This document shows, in pieces, positions 36,304 to 46,283 of a DNA stretch of 64,000 nucleotides. Source of the DNA: a virus (lineage: Duplodnaviria; Caudoviricetes); the IMG/VR virus record IMGVR_UViG_3300021400_000347, positions 68,917 to 132,916 of that record. The stretch is one strand, 5' to 3'. A model generated the notes under the pieces. That model was not told the DNA's origin. It saw nothing but the letters and a program-made list of their open reading frames with translations, and made no database searches. Position numbers and translations under genes: made by a program. The first letter of the stretch is position 1. The number at the start of each line of letters is the position of its first letter.

Positions 36304-36833
36304 CCGCCTCGCCCCACCGGGGGCTTGACAAGCCGGGGCAAGTATGGTATAATAAGCTACAACCTGAAAAGGAGCTGACTGAAATGACCTTCACCATCAT
36401 CGACCTCATCACCAACGCCACCACCACCATCGACCTCGAGACCCTTGACGACCTGACGGAGCTGGCGGATCGTATGGGCTGGCGCGAGCTGCGGGTGGAT
36501 ATGCGCAACCTGACCATCACCGTCACCCCGTGAAAACGGGCCCGCCCGCGCGGGCTTTTTTCGTGCCTAGCGGGCCGGCCAGGCCCACTTGTTAAAAAAA
36601 TAACAAACTGGCCGGCCAGTCCGGTTAGTCATAACTAACTGCCATACCGGGCCCGGCGAAAGGGTCTCCTCCACCGTCCTCATTGTACCACAAAAAAGCA
36701 ACCTTGTCAAGGGGGTTTTTGAAAAAAACTTTTTCCAAAAAAAATGCGAAAAGGGGTTGACAGCCGGGGCGGCATATGCTATAATCCATAGTGTCAGGGG
36801 GAGAGACCCCAGACAGAGAGAGGAGAGACCGCT

Positions 36834-37277
36834 ATGCTGAACACCCTGATGAACTGGTATGACGCCCACTCCGCCGCCCATCGTTACGACATCGGTTTCA
36901 CCCTTGACGGGGAGCTGTACAGCGTTATTCGGGACAAGCTGCCCCGGGGCTGGCTCCGGCTGGACCGGATGAGCTCCAAGCGGGGCGGCTGGGCCAAGGT
37001 CCGGGTGCGCATCCCCGCCGCCGTCAAGCGCGAGCTGGTGCTGTCTGGTGAAGCTGCCCACCGCGGCCCTGCCACTATGATGGACTTCGCGGACAGCTAC
37101 AACAACGGCGAGCACTACGAGCGCGTGGAGACCGAAGCGGCTGGGCAGACCTGGGTGAAGGACAGCGTGCCGTTCTGGGTCGCTGGGGATATCCGGGTGG
37201 ACGGCTGCGAGGTTCAGATCAAGTTCGACGGCGCGGAGGTCGTCAACGAGCGGATGATGGCACGGCTGGGGGCTTGA
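36834..37277 (+). CDS. Family B (copy 2)
   Basis: SSKRGGW; GEHYER; WVKDSVPFWVAGDI; EVQIKFDGAE. Confidence 0.55.
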   Translation: MLNTLMNWYDAHSAAHRYDIGFTLDGELYSVIRDKLPRGWLRLDRMSSKRGGWAKVRVRIPAAVKRELVLSGEAAHRGPATMMDFADSYNNGEHYERVETEAAGQTWVKDSVPFWVAGDIRVDGCEVQIKFDGAEVVNERMMARLGA

Positions 37278-37371
37278 CCCCCGCCGGGGCCACGCCCAAA
37301 AAATTAGGCTTGACTAACTATGGCAGCTGGGTGTATAATCTAGGTGTAGAAAAGAAAAGGAGCTGACAACA

Positions 37372-37698
37372 ATGAAAAAGATTCTCGCGCTGACCCTCAT
37401 CCTGTGTGCCCTCGTCCCCGCCGTGGCTTGCGCCTCCACTGATATGGATCACGTCTATCCCCACGTGTGCGTGATTTGTTACTTGGACTATGCGGAAGAT
37501 GTGGTCTATATGGTGGACGCCGTGGGTCATGTGTGGACGATCGAGGAGGTCGAAGATTGGACAGTAGGCGATCTCGTGGTGACCATTATGTTTGACAACT
37601 TCACCCCCAACACCGTCACGGACGACAGCATTGTAGAATACCAGTTCGGTGGACACGCGGGTATGGACTTGCTGACCAAGTGGATGCGGGGAGATTAA
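37372..37698 (+). CDS. Secreted/membrane protein, family A (copy 3)
   Basis: Signal peptide MKKILALTLILCALVPAVAC and family A motif. Confidence 0.75.
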   Translation: MKKILALTLILCALVPAVACASTDMDHVYPHVCVICYLDYAEDVVYMVDAVGHVWTIEEVEDWTVGDLVVTIMFDNFTPNTVTDDSIVEYQFGGHAGMDLLTKWMRGD

Positions 37699-37920
37699 TC
37701 CCCGCATTTTTCGGGCCGGCCTGCGCGCACGTGATTCATCGGGCCGGCCAGGCGGAAAAGGTTCTCTCCCAGCATAGTCATTATAGCACGCGGAAGTCAA
37801 TCTGTCAAGAGGAAAAATAAAAAAACTTTTTTTCAAAAACCCCTTGACACCGGCCGTCAAAGTGCTATAATGTAGTCACCGGATGGGGGAAGGAAACCCC
37901 ACGGTAGAGGAGGAAACAAG

Positions 37921-38364
37921 ATGTTCGCCATTATGCTTAATTGGTACCTGACCCACAGCGCCGCCACCGCCTACGATATCGGTTTCATTCTGGATGGTCT
38001 GCTCTACCACGTTCGGGTTGACCACCTCCCCACCGAGTGGCTGAAAGCTGACCGCTGCTCCTCCAAGCGCGGCGGCTGGGCGAAAATCCGGGTGCGGCTG
38101 AGCGCGAAAGTGAAAGCTGCGCTGGTGGCCACGGGCACCGCAAAGCTGCTCGGCACCGCCGACCTGCTCAACACCAACGACCGGTACAACAAGGGTGAGC
38201 GGTTCGAGCGCATCATCACCGAGATGGAAGGTCAGGAATGGGTAAAAGATTCCGTCCCCTTCTGGGTCGCGGGTGACATCTCCATCAACGGTGAAGAGAT
38301 TCAGGTCAAGTTTGACGGCGCGGAACTGACCAACGAACTGACTATGCGGCGGGCGGTCATTTGA
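37921..38364 (+). CDS. Family B (copy 3)
   Basis: GERFER; WVKDSVPFWVAGDI; EIQVKFDGAEL. Confidence 0.55.
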   Translation: MFAIMLNWYLTHSAATAYDIGFILDGLLYHVRVDHLPTEWLKADRCSSKRGGWAKIRVRLSAKVKAALVATGTAKLLGTADLLNTNDRYNKGERFERIITEMEGQEWVKDSVPFWVAGDISINGEEIQVKFDGAELTNELTMRRAVI

Positions 38365-38463
38365 CCCCCGCTTTTCCGGCCGGCCCGCCGAAAATTATTT
38401 TCCTAAACCCCTTGACAAGCGCCCGCCGCGGGTGTATAATGTGCTCACAGAACAGGAAAGGAA

Positions 38464-38649
38464 GTGTCCAGTATGTACCGCATCCACAACATTCCCCTTC
38501 ACGCCTATGATTACAAGTTCATTATCTTCCGCATCGTGGATGGCGATCTGTGGTATTGGGGAGCTGACAACGATCCCAACAAAGCTGCCAACATCGCAGC
38601 TTTGATCGGTGGAGGCTGCTGCTTCACCGATAGCGTCATCGACGCGTGA
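38464..38649 (+). CDS. VDGD/WGA family (copy 2)
   Basis: Similar to 31100-31258. Confidence 0.7.
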   Translation: MSSMYRIHNIPLHAYDYKFIIFRIVDGDLWYWGADNDPNKAANIAALIGGGCCFTDSVIDA

Positions 38650-38892
38650 GCGAGCTGGGAGCTGTCCCAGCTTTCTGGCCGGCCCGAAAGTTAGTCTCCC
38701 CTAACTTGAAAAAAGTACTTGACAAAAATCAAATTTTGATTATAATAGATAGTGTCAGGAGGGGAGGGGAGCCAAGAGACCCAAGACCCCGAAAAAAAAG
38801 TTCCCCAAACCTCTTGACAGGAATCAAAATCCGTGGTATAATAAGACATCAAGTGAAGGAAAACACTTAAAAACCAGAAAGGACTCACCTCA

Positions 38893-39222
38893 ATGAAAAA
38901 GACGACCATCCAGACTCTCGTTTCCTACCTGAACGGCACTCCCGTGACCAACCTTGACGAGATCAAGGCGGAGCTGGAGAAGGAGCTGAACCGCAACGCG
39001 GAGAAGGCTCAGGCGAACCGCGACCTGTACGAGGAAGCTGGCGCTGTGGTGCTGGCTGCGCTGACCTCCGCGCCCGTGACTGTGGCGGAGCTGTACGAGG
39101 ACATCGCGGACGAGCTGCCCGAGGGCTTCTCTCGCGGCAAGCTCCAGTACGCGCTCTCTCGGTGCCTGTGGGATGGCATTGTGAAGATTGACGGTTCGCC
39201 TTGTACCTATCGCAAGGCGTAA
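38893..39222 (+). CDS. Coiled-coil + winged-helix protein, family C (copy 1)
   Basis: PVTVAELYE...LPEGF..GK.QY...LW...K....Y winged-HTH pattern. Confidence 0.65.
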   Translation: MKKTTIQTLVSYLNGTPVTNLDEIKAELEKELNRNAEKAQANRDLYEEAGAVVLAALTSAPVTVAELYEDIADELPEGFSRGKLQYALSRCLWDGIVKIDGSPCTYRKA

Positions 39223-39329
39223 TCCCACCGCCGCCAAGGGGCCACCGCGCCCCTTGGTCGGGCCGGCCAAAAAATTAGGCTTGACTAACTCCCGCGGCTA
39301 TGGTATAATACCCTTGCGAGGTGAGGAAG

Positions 39330-39758
39330 ATGAAGATTGGGCTTATGGAATGGTTCTGTGACCAGATGACGGGCGAGTCTGTGGAACTCTACCGCAACAT
39401 TGAAGATGAGTGGTGTTGCGTTACCTATACGGGTCATTGTATGATCGGCTATGCCGAGAGCGATATCAACGGTGATCAGGATGACAACTTCCTGCGGGCG
39501 TGTTACATTTTTGACCCCTCTATGCGCAACATCGCGCCCATCACTTTGACTCTCGCCCACGAGGTCGGCCACTGGATGACCCGCCGCAAATACAATAAGT
39601 ACGCCGCTTTGCGCGAGTACAAGCGCGCCGTGGACGCCGCGACCCCCGAGGAATATCCCTTCATTGCGGCAGAAAAAGACGCCACTATGTGGGGCATCGA
39701 GTGGATTAATACCCATCTTGAAATCGTCAAGCGGTTTGAAACGATGTGGGCAGAATAA
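39330..39758 (+). CDS. HExxH zinc metallopeptidase-like protein
   Basis: TLAHEVGH plus downstream EKDA (ImmA/IrrE-like arrangement). Confidence 0.6.
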   Translation: MKIGLMEWFCDQMTGESVELYRNIEDEWCCVTYTGHCMIGYAESDINGDQDDNFLRACYIFDPSMRNIAPITLTLAHEVGHWMTRRKYNKYAALREYKRAVDAATPEEYPFIAAEKDATMWGIEWINTHLEIVKRFETMWAE

Positions 39759-39863
39759 TGCCCACGTCGGGCCGGCCCGAAAAAAGTTTCGCCAAACCTA
39801 TTGACAAGGCATTTCAAATGTGCTATAATCAAGGTGTTCCAAGAGAGAGGAGAGCGAAAGACA

Positions 39864-40367
39864 ATGACTGACTACATCACCCGCGCTAACCGTTTCCTCC
39901 ACGAGATTGCGCCCTACCTGATTGGCGCGTACACTGTCAACGAGGTTATCAACCGCGTTTCGCAGTACAACGAGGATCATCACCGCGCAGTCCAGATCGC
40001 GCACGGCGCGACCCGCATTGCTCTCATCACCTCCGACTATGTGATCAAGTTCAACTATGGCGATGACGTGAACGAGTACGGCGGTTGCGAGGAAGAAGAA
40101 GAGTTCTACGCCTACGCGTGCGAAGAGGGCTTCGGTGCCTACTTCGCGGCAACCACGGGTACCACGGTCAGCGGCCGCAAGTTCTGGATTATGCCGCGCG
40201 CAAGCGGTGTGGGCAGGGTGTGGCTGTATCGCAACGTTCCCGCCGTTGTGTATGAGTGGATTATTGACCACGTTTACGACCTCCACAACGGCAACCTCGG
40301 TATGATTGACGGTCACGTTGTCATCATTGACTACGCTTTGAACACTCTCAACGACCCGCAGGCGTAA
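39864..40367 (+). CDS. Minimal protein-kinase-like enzyme
   Basis: HGATRIAL (Gly-loop), VIKF (catalytic Lys), DLHNGN (catalytic loop), IIDY (DFG-equivalent). Confidence 0.7.
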   Translation: MTDYITRANRFLHEIAPYLIGAYTVNEVINRVSQYNEDHHRAVQIAHGATRIALITSDYVIKFNYGDDVNEYGGCEEEEEFYAYACEEGFGAYFAATTGTTVSGRKFWIMPRASGVGRVWLYRNVPAVVYEWIIDHVYDLHNGNLGMIDGHVVIIDYALNTLNDPQA

Positions 40368-40790
40368 GCGGGTCGGGCCGGCCGCGCGAAAATTAGTCTT
40401 GACTAACTGCCTGTTGTATGCTATAATGCGTATGAAAGGTGAGGTGAGCCGAATGAGCAAATACTTCGACAAGACCCACGTGGAGATTGTCTTTGAAGAG
40501 AGCACTTGCGAGGAGTGCGGCGGGACTTGGTTCTGGAGTCTCCAGCAAGTCAAGTGCTTTGTCAAAACTCCCAATGATGAAGACGCCGCCGTCATCAAAT
40601 GCCCCTACTGCTATAACGACTATCTGTTCATTGTATGAGGAGGAAATAACATGATCACTCTCTATCGGTACATTTTCGCGGACGGTTCTACCATCACTAT
40701 CTCCCACCCCTTGGAGTTCTCCGACCTCAAGATTGTCATTGATACCCACGGCGCGCTCGTCAAGTGCTACAAGAAGGCGGTGATTGTCGC

Positions 40791-40937
40791 ATGAAGATCA
40801 AGAAGAAGGTCAAGACCAACGTGGAGATCATCAAGGCACAGCGGAGCAATTGGGGTGCCATCTCTCCCGTGACTCGTGTCATTCCCGACAAGCGGCGCAA
40901 GGCACCGAAGCACAAGGCGCGGCAGTTCGAGGACTGA
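40791..40937 (+). CDS. 48-aa basic peptide (copy 2), not in ORF track
   Basis: MKIKKKVKTNVEIIKAQRSNWGAISPVTRVIPDKRRKAPKHKARQFED. Confidence 0.75.
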   Translation: MKIKKKVKTNVEIIKAQRSNWGAISPVTRVIPDKRRKAPKHKARQFED

Positions 40938-41220
40938 CGGGCCGGCCCGCGAGATTGACAAAAACTTGTCAATCTTTTTTTTGAAAAAACTACTTGACTT
41001 CTATCGGGTTTTGAGTATAATATCAAGTGTCGGGAGGACAGGATGACCTCCCGAAAGGGACAGGGAGAGGGACTCATCCCCCAAAATCTGCCAAAGGCCA
41101 CGGCGGCTCTCCCCAGTCTACGAAAAAAATCCTGTCAAGTACTTGACAGCAACCAAAATCCGTGCTATAATAAGACATCAGCTGAAGGAAAACAGCAAAA
41201 AACCAGAAAGGAAGTACCCC

Positions 41221-41574
41221 ATGAAGATTTCTACCCTGAACACCGTCATCTCCACCCTGAACTCCATCTCCTTCGACAACGCCGAGGTGATGGGCGAGCT
41301 GGTCAAGGAGCTGGAGCGCGCCGAGCAGGCTGACGCCCGCAAGGTTGCCCAGCGGAACGCCAACCTCAAGGGCTACGATGCCGTGAAGGCCATCGTGATG
41401 GAGAATCTGTCCACCGAGACTCCCGTGACCATCGCGGAGCTGTGGGACGCTATCTCCGAGAGCGTTCCCGAGGGCTTCACCAAGGGCAAGCTTCAGTACG
41501 CCGTGACCCGCCTGTGGGAGGATATGGTAGAGAAGCACGAGGGCAAGGTCAACTCCTACACCCTCAAGGCGTAA
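41221..41574 (+). CDS. Family C winged-helix protein (copy 2)
   Basis: PVTIAELWD...VPEGFTKGKLQYAVTRLW. Confidence 0.65.
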   Translation: MKISTLNTVISTLNSISFDNAEVMGELVKELERAEQADARKVAQRNANLKGYDAVKAIVMENLSTETPVTIAELWDAISESVPEGFTKGKLQYAVTRLWEDMVEKHEGKVNSYTLKA

Positions 41575-41617
41575 TCCCCCTCTCACGGGGAGGGCGCAAG
41601 CCCTCCCCACCCCCTAT

Positions 41618-41702
41618 GTGGCTGTGGTGGAATTGGAATACACGCACGCTTGAGGGGCGTGTCCCGCAAGGGATTCGGGTTCGACTCCCGATAGCCACAC
41701 CA
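41618..41702 (+). tRNA. tRNA-Leu(GAG)
   Basis: Cloverleaf with long variable arm, anticodon loop TTGAGGG, GGTTCGACTCC T-arm, encoded CCA. Confidence 0.9.
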
Positions 41703-41703
41703 T

Positions 41704-41790
41704 GCGGCTATGGTGAAATTGGAATACACGCAGGATTCAGGTTCCTGTCCTAGCAATAGGGTTCGGGTTCGACTCCCGATAGCCGCACCA
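41704..41790 (+). tRNA. tRNA-Leu(CAG)
   Basis: Anticodon loop TTCAGGT, long variable arm, CCA. Confidence 0.9.
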
Positions 41791-41935
41791 CGCGCCGAAG
41801 GGCGCCTTTTTTTATTTTCGGGCCGGCCCGCAGTTAGTTGCCGCTAACTGGAAAAAATTTCTATGAAAAAAACTCTTGACAAAAATCAAAATTTGAGTAT
41901 AATGTAGGTGTACCAAGAAGAAAGGGGTATGAAAA

Positions 41936-42280
41936 ATGAACCAGATGGAAAAGAAGCTTGCCGCTCGTACTCTCACGACCAACGCTCTCGCCAAGACTCT
42001 CGAGGAACTCGCCGCTGTTCAGTTTGGCGATGCGTCCTTCGCTGTCCTTCAGGAAATCGAGGGTCAGGAGGTGTGGACTGAAATCACCATCAAGGCGAAG
42101 GCGTTCACGCCCACCAAGGTCAGCCCCGCTTTCGACCCCTTCGAGGTGGCCGAGGAATGGAAGGCCGAGAAGGAAGCCAAGGCGCAGGAAAAGGCCGATA
42201 AGGCCAAGGCTAAGGCGGACAAGATTGCGCGGGATGCCGCCGCACGCGAAGCCAAGCGCAAGGCCAAGGATGGGGAGTAA
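41936..42280 (+). CDS. Hypothetical protein with Lys/Ala-rich coiled-coil tail
   Basis: Promoter and RBS; tail AKA.K.ARD resembles 48160-48495. Confidence 0.7.
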   Translation: MNQMEKKLAARTLTTNALAKTLEELAAVQFGDASFAVLQEIEGQEVWTEITIKAKAFTPTKVSPAFDPFEVAEEWKAEKEAKAQEKADKAKAKADKIARDAAAREAKRKAKDGE

Positions 42281-42581
42281 TCTCCCCACCCTGGCGGGCC
42301 GGGCGAAAAGTTAGGCTTGACTAACCACCTCTTGTGTGCTATAATAGCGGTGAAAGGTAAGGTGATTGGAATGATGGTATACATCAAGAATCAGGCGGGG
42401 CAACAGACTGTGCGGGACTTGCGCTGGTGGGACGCAATCTATATGCGGATCATTCTTTGGCATAGGTACCCGAAAGACAAGCGACCGATTGTTAGATTTC
42501 TTGTCTAAAACCCCTTGACAAAAACGGGGGTATCTGCTATAATAAAGGTACCCCAAGAGGGGAAGAAAGGAAAGACAGGAT

Positions 42582-43010
42582 ATGACGATTTGGTTCGATA
42601 TGGATGGTACGATTGCTGACCTCTACAGCGTGGATGGTTGGCTTACCGATTTGGTCAACGGTAGCACCCGCCCCTATGACGTGGCGCGGCCGATGATGAA
42701 CTTCTCCCGCCTTGCGCGGCTCCTCCACAAGGCACAGCGCAACGGCCACAAGATTGGCATCATCTCGTGGACTTCCAAGGGTGGCTCTGACCTCTACAAC
42801 GGCGAGGTTGCCCTTGCCAAGATGTTATGGCTTCATAAGCATCTCCCCTCCGTGGAATGGGACGAGATCAAGATCGTGGCCTACGGCACGAACAAGCGCA
42901 ACGCCACGGGCGGCGGTATTCTGTTCGATGACGAAGAGGACAACCGCGCCGCGTGGGGCAAGGGTGCGCACACTCCCGCCGAAATCGTCCCCGTGCTGAT
43001 GGGCATTTAA
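42582..43010 (+). CDS. HAD-family phosphatase, copy 2
   Basis: FDMDGT ... ILFDD; clearly homologous to 29368-29805. Confidence 0.8.
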   Translation: MTIWFDMDGTIADLYSVDGWLTDLVNGSTRPYDVARPMMNFSRLARLLHKAQRNGHKIGIISWTSKGGSDLYNGEVALAKMLWLHKHLPSVEWDEIKIVAYGTNKRNATGGGILFDDEEDNRAAWGKGAHTPAEIVPVLMGI

Positions 43011-43468
43011 TTGCCCATCAGCTTCGGGCCCGGCCCGCGAGTTAGTCCCCACTAACATTGTTAAAAAAATAACTTGCTGTCAAGGTATTGACTTTCGTCG
43101 AAATTTGAGTATAATAGATAGTGTCGAGAGGGAAAGCGAACGGGCGCGAGGTACCCGCCCCTGTCCCACTTGCGGACGCGCAAGCCCAAAATAACAAATA
43201 AAAAAAGTTTGGGAAACCTCTTGACAAACCCCACAAACTATGGTATAATCCATAGTGTCAAGAGGGGAAGCGAGGAAATGCCACTCGACTGGTACACCTT
43301 GAGATTCCCTACCACGGGTATCCAAGCGCTTGGTATAAGCACACGCAAGAGTCGCTTAGGTATGCGCGACAGAAAAGTTCCTCAATTTCCCTCTTGACAA
43401 ACCCCACAAAGTGTGGTACAATGAAGATGTTCCAAGAGGAACGGACGAAAAGAAAGGAAGGATGACCC

Positions 43469-43801
43469 ATGATGACTCTGACGACTCTGACCGCTCTCCG
43501 TACCCTGACGACCGACCCCGCTATGATTGCGGAACTGGATGCCGAGATTGCCCGCGTTGAGAAGGCGCAGGCTGTGAAGGCCGAGCACGCCGAGGCCAAG
43601 GCCGTGGCTTACGCGGAGGCCAAGGGCGTGGTTGTGGACGCTCTGCGGGATATCGGTGCTCCCGTGTCCGCGGCTGAACTCTACGAGGAGGTCGCTGACG
43701 CTCTGCCCGATGGTTTCACCAAGGGCAAGATGGTGTATGGTATGACCCGCCTGTGGGGCGATGTCATCGTCAAGGAGGGTAGCACCTACTCTCTGCGGTA
43801 A
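43469..43801 (+). CDS. Family C winged-helix protein (copy 3)
   Basis: PVSAAELYE...LPDGFTKGKMVYGMTRLW. Confidence 0.65.
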   Translation: MMTLTTLTALRTLTTDPAMIAELDAEIARVEKAQAVKAEHAEAKAVAYAEAKGVVVDALRDIGAPVSAAELYEEVADALPDGFTKGKMVYGMTRLWGDVIVKEGSTYSLR

Positions 43802-43990
43802 AGGGCGCTTCGGCGCCCTTTTCTTTTGCCCTTGTGTTAGTTATAACTAACGCGGGCCGGCCGCGAAATGTGCCCTTTATTGCCCCTTAAAAAACTTTCA
43901 AAAAACCCTTGACAAGCCCCCTCCCCCGTGATATAATCAGTTATGAAAGGTGAAGGACAACACCACAAACCAGAAAGGACATCCCGAAAA

Positions 43991-44704
43991 ATGCGTGATT
44001 TCTTCCTCGTCTTTGATAGCGAAACCGCCAACACCCCCAAGGAAAACGGTCAGCTTTCTACCCATTCCGCGCAGGTCTATGACCTCGGTTGGCAGATTGT
44101 GGACTGTGACGGTAATGTGTACGAATCTACCTCTCTCGTGAATCGCGATGTGTTCGTGGATATGCCCGAGATTATGGCGCAGGCGTACTTTGCGGAGAAA
44201 ATTCCCCAGTACTGGCAGGATATTTGGGAGGGCAAGCGGGAACTTGTCAACACGTGGGAAATGTGGCGGCGGTTCCGTGACGCTTGCGCCCGTTGGGACG
44301 TTCGGGCGGTGATTGCCCACAATGCGCGGTTTGATGTGCGCGTGCTTAATACGACTATGCGCTATCAGACCAAAAGCAAAAAGCGTTATTTTCTGCCCTA
44401 TGGTATGGAAGTGTGGGATACTATGAAGATGGCAAATGATACCATTTGTAAATTGTCCTCCTATCGGCAGTTTTGCGTAGAAAATGGCTACATGACCAAG
44501 CACCCCACCCCCCAGGTTCGCAAGACCGCCGAGATTATTTGGCGCTTTCTTACCCATAACAACGACTTCATCGAGAGCCACACGGGTTTGGAAGATGTTT
44601 CCATCGAAGCACAGATTTTCGCGGAGTGTGTGCGCCGCCACAAGCGTATGGAGCGCGCCGCGGAACTTGACCCCGATGACATCGAAGAGAGATGGGCACT
44701 TTGA
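43991..44704 (+). CDS. DEDDh 3'-5' exonuclease (DnaQ-like)
   Basis: FDSET (ExoI), AHNARFD (ExoII), HTGLED (ExoIII). Confidence 0.85.
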   Translation: MRDFFLVFDSETANTPKENGQLSTHSAQVYDLGWQIVDCDGNVYESTSLVNRDVFVDMPEIMAQAYFAEKIPQYWQDIWEGKRELVNTWEMWRRFRDACARWDVRAVIAHNARFDVRVLNTTMRYQTKSKKRYFLPYGMEVWDTMKMANDTICKLSSYRQFCVENGYMTKHPTPQVRKTAEIIWRFLTHNNDFIESHTGLEDVSIEAQIFAECVRRHKRMERAAELDPDDIEERWAL

Positions 44705-45217
44705 TGCCCATTTTTCGGCCGGCAAAAAAACTCTTGACAAACCTAAAAAGGTATGCTATAATCAAGATGTCAAATGAAGGAGGAATGAAAATGTTCAAGA
44801 TCGAGTATGACGTGTTCATCGGCGGCCACCTCTACACCTTCACCTACAACCACCTCTTCCTCACTCTGTATCTGGCGGCGCGTATGGCTCAGCACATCCG
44901 CAACACCAAGCACGCGGATGTCTACATCATCAACGCCATCACTGGCACGACCGTCGACTACTACTGGGCCGATTAACGGGCCGGCCCGCAAGTTAGTTAT
45001 GACTACATAACTAAAAAAAATTTTTCTAAACTACTTGACTTTTGTCGAAAATTCGGTATAATAGTAGGTGTCAGGGGGAGAGAGTAGGGTACCGACTCCC
45101 TCCATCCCCGACAAAAAAGTTTCAAAAAAGTCTTGACAAACCCAACAAACTGTGGTATACTCAAGACGTACCAAAGGGAAGGACACCCTACAAAAACCAG
45201 AAAGGAAGGATTGCCCT

Positions 45218-45547
45218 ATGACTATCACTACTCTCCAGACCCTCATCAACACCGTGAACGCCCCTGAGATCGTGGAGGAGCTGAAGGCCGAGCTGGCGAA
45301 GGCGCAGAAGGCCGCCGAGAAGAACGCCCAGAAGGCGACTGAGCGGAACGCTGTCTACGAGACTGCCTTCAACGTGGTGAAGGATACCCTCGCCACCGCG
45401 GGCGTGCCGCTGACCGCTTCCGAGATTTGGGAGGACGTTCAGGACAAGGTGCCCGATGGCTTCACCTTCGGTCAGCTTGTCTACGGTCTGTCCCATCTGT
45501 GGGCGGTTGACAAGGGTGATGGCAAGGTTCGCACCTACACCCTGTAA
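45218..45547 (+). CDS. Family C winged-helix protein (copy 4)
   Basis: PLTASEIWE...VPDGFTFGQLVYGLSHLW. Confidence 0.65.
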   Translation: MTITTLQTLINTVNAPEIVEELKAELAKAQKAAEKNAQKATERNAVYETAFNVVKDTLATAGVPLTASEIWEDVQDKVPDGFTFGQLVYGLSHLWAVDKGDGKVRTYTL

Positions 45548-45577
45548 GGGATAGGGCGCAAGCCCTTCCCCCTCCGT

Positions 45578-45661
45578 GGGCGGGTTCCCGAGTGGTCAAA
45601 GGGAACAGACTGTAAATCTGTCGCGATAGCTTCGGTGGTTCAAATCCACCCCCGCCCACCA
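45578..45661 (+). tRNA. tRNA-Tyr(GTA)
   Basis: Anticodon loop CTGTAAA, long variable arm, CCA. Confidence 0.9.
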
Positions 45662-45665
45662 CTTT

Positions 45666-45740
45666 GCCCCATTGGCGCAATGGTAGCGCAACTGACTCTT
45701 AATCAGTGGGTTGCGGGTTCGAGTCCCGTGTGGGGTACCA
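45666..45740 (+). tRNA. tRNA-Lys(CTT)
   Basis: Anticodon loop CTCTTAA, GGTTCGAGTCC, CCA. Confidence 0.9.
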
Positions 45741-46283
45741 ACGCCGCTTAATGCGGCTTTTCTTTTCCAAGCGGGTTAGGCACAGCTAACGGGCCGGCCG
45801 CAAATTACCTCTTGACAAAACATCACAAGTATGATACAATAGTCTCGAAAGGTGGGATACCTAATGAAGAAGATGGGTATTGGTTTGAGCACTGTCGCCA
45901 CGTTCGCGGGTATGGTTTGGGGAATCTTCTGGCACCCCCTTGTCATCCTGACTTTTGTCGGGCTGATCGGCGGTTGGGTGATCGCGAACTGGAACGAGGA
46001 GGAATAATAATGAAGTACACGCTGTTGACTATCTACGATAACATTACCACAAAGACTGAACGTACTGATGATTTCCGCGCAGCTCTGTCCGCCGCGGGTA
46101 TCTACCTCGCTGATCGCGATGTGATCGGTGTAAAGATTTGGGACAACCAGACAGGCAAAACCATTCTGGACTACTGGCGCGACTGACGGCCGGCCCGAAA
46201 AAGATTTTCAAAAAGTACTTGACAACCCCACATAGGTATGCTATAATGGGCTTGCCCGATGAGGGAAGAAAGGAAGTAATAAG

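Noticed and set aside
41618-45740. Amber suppressor tRNA
   Set aside because: Anticodons read GAG, CAG, GTA and CTT; none is CTA.
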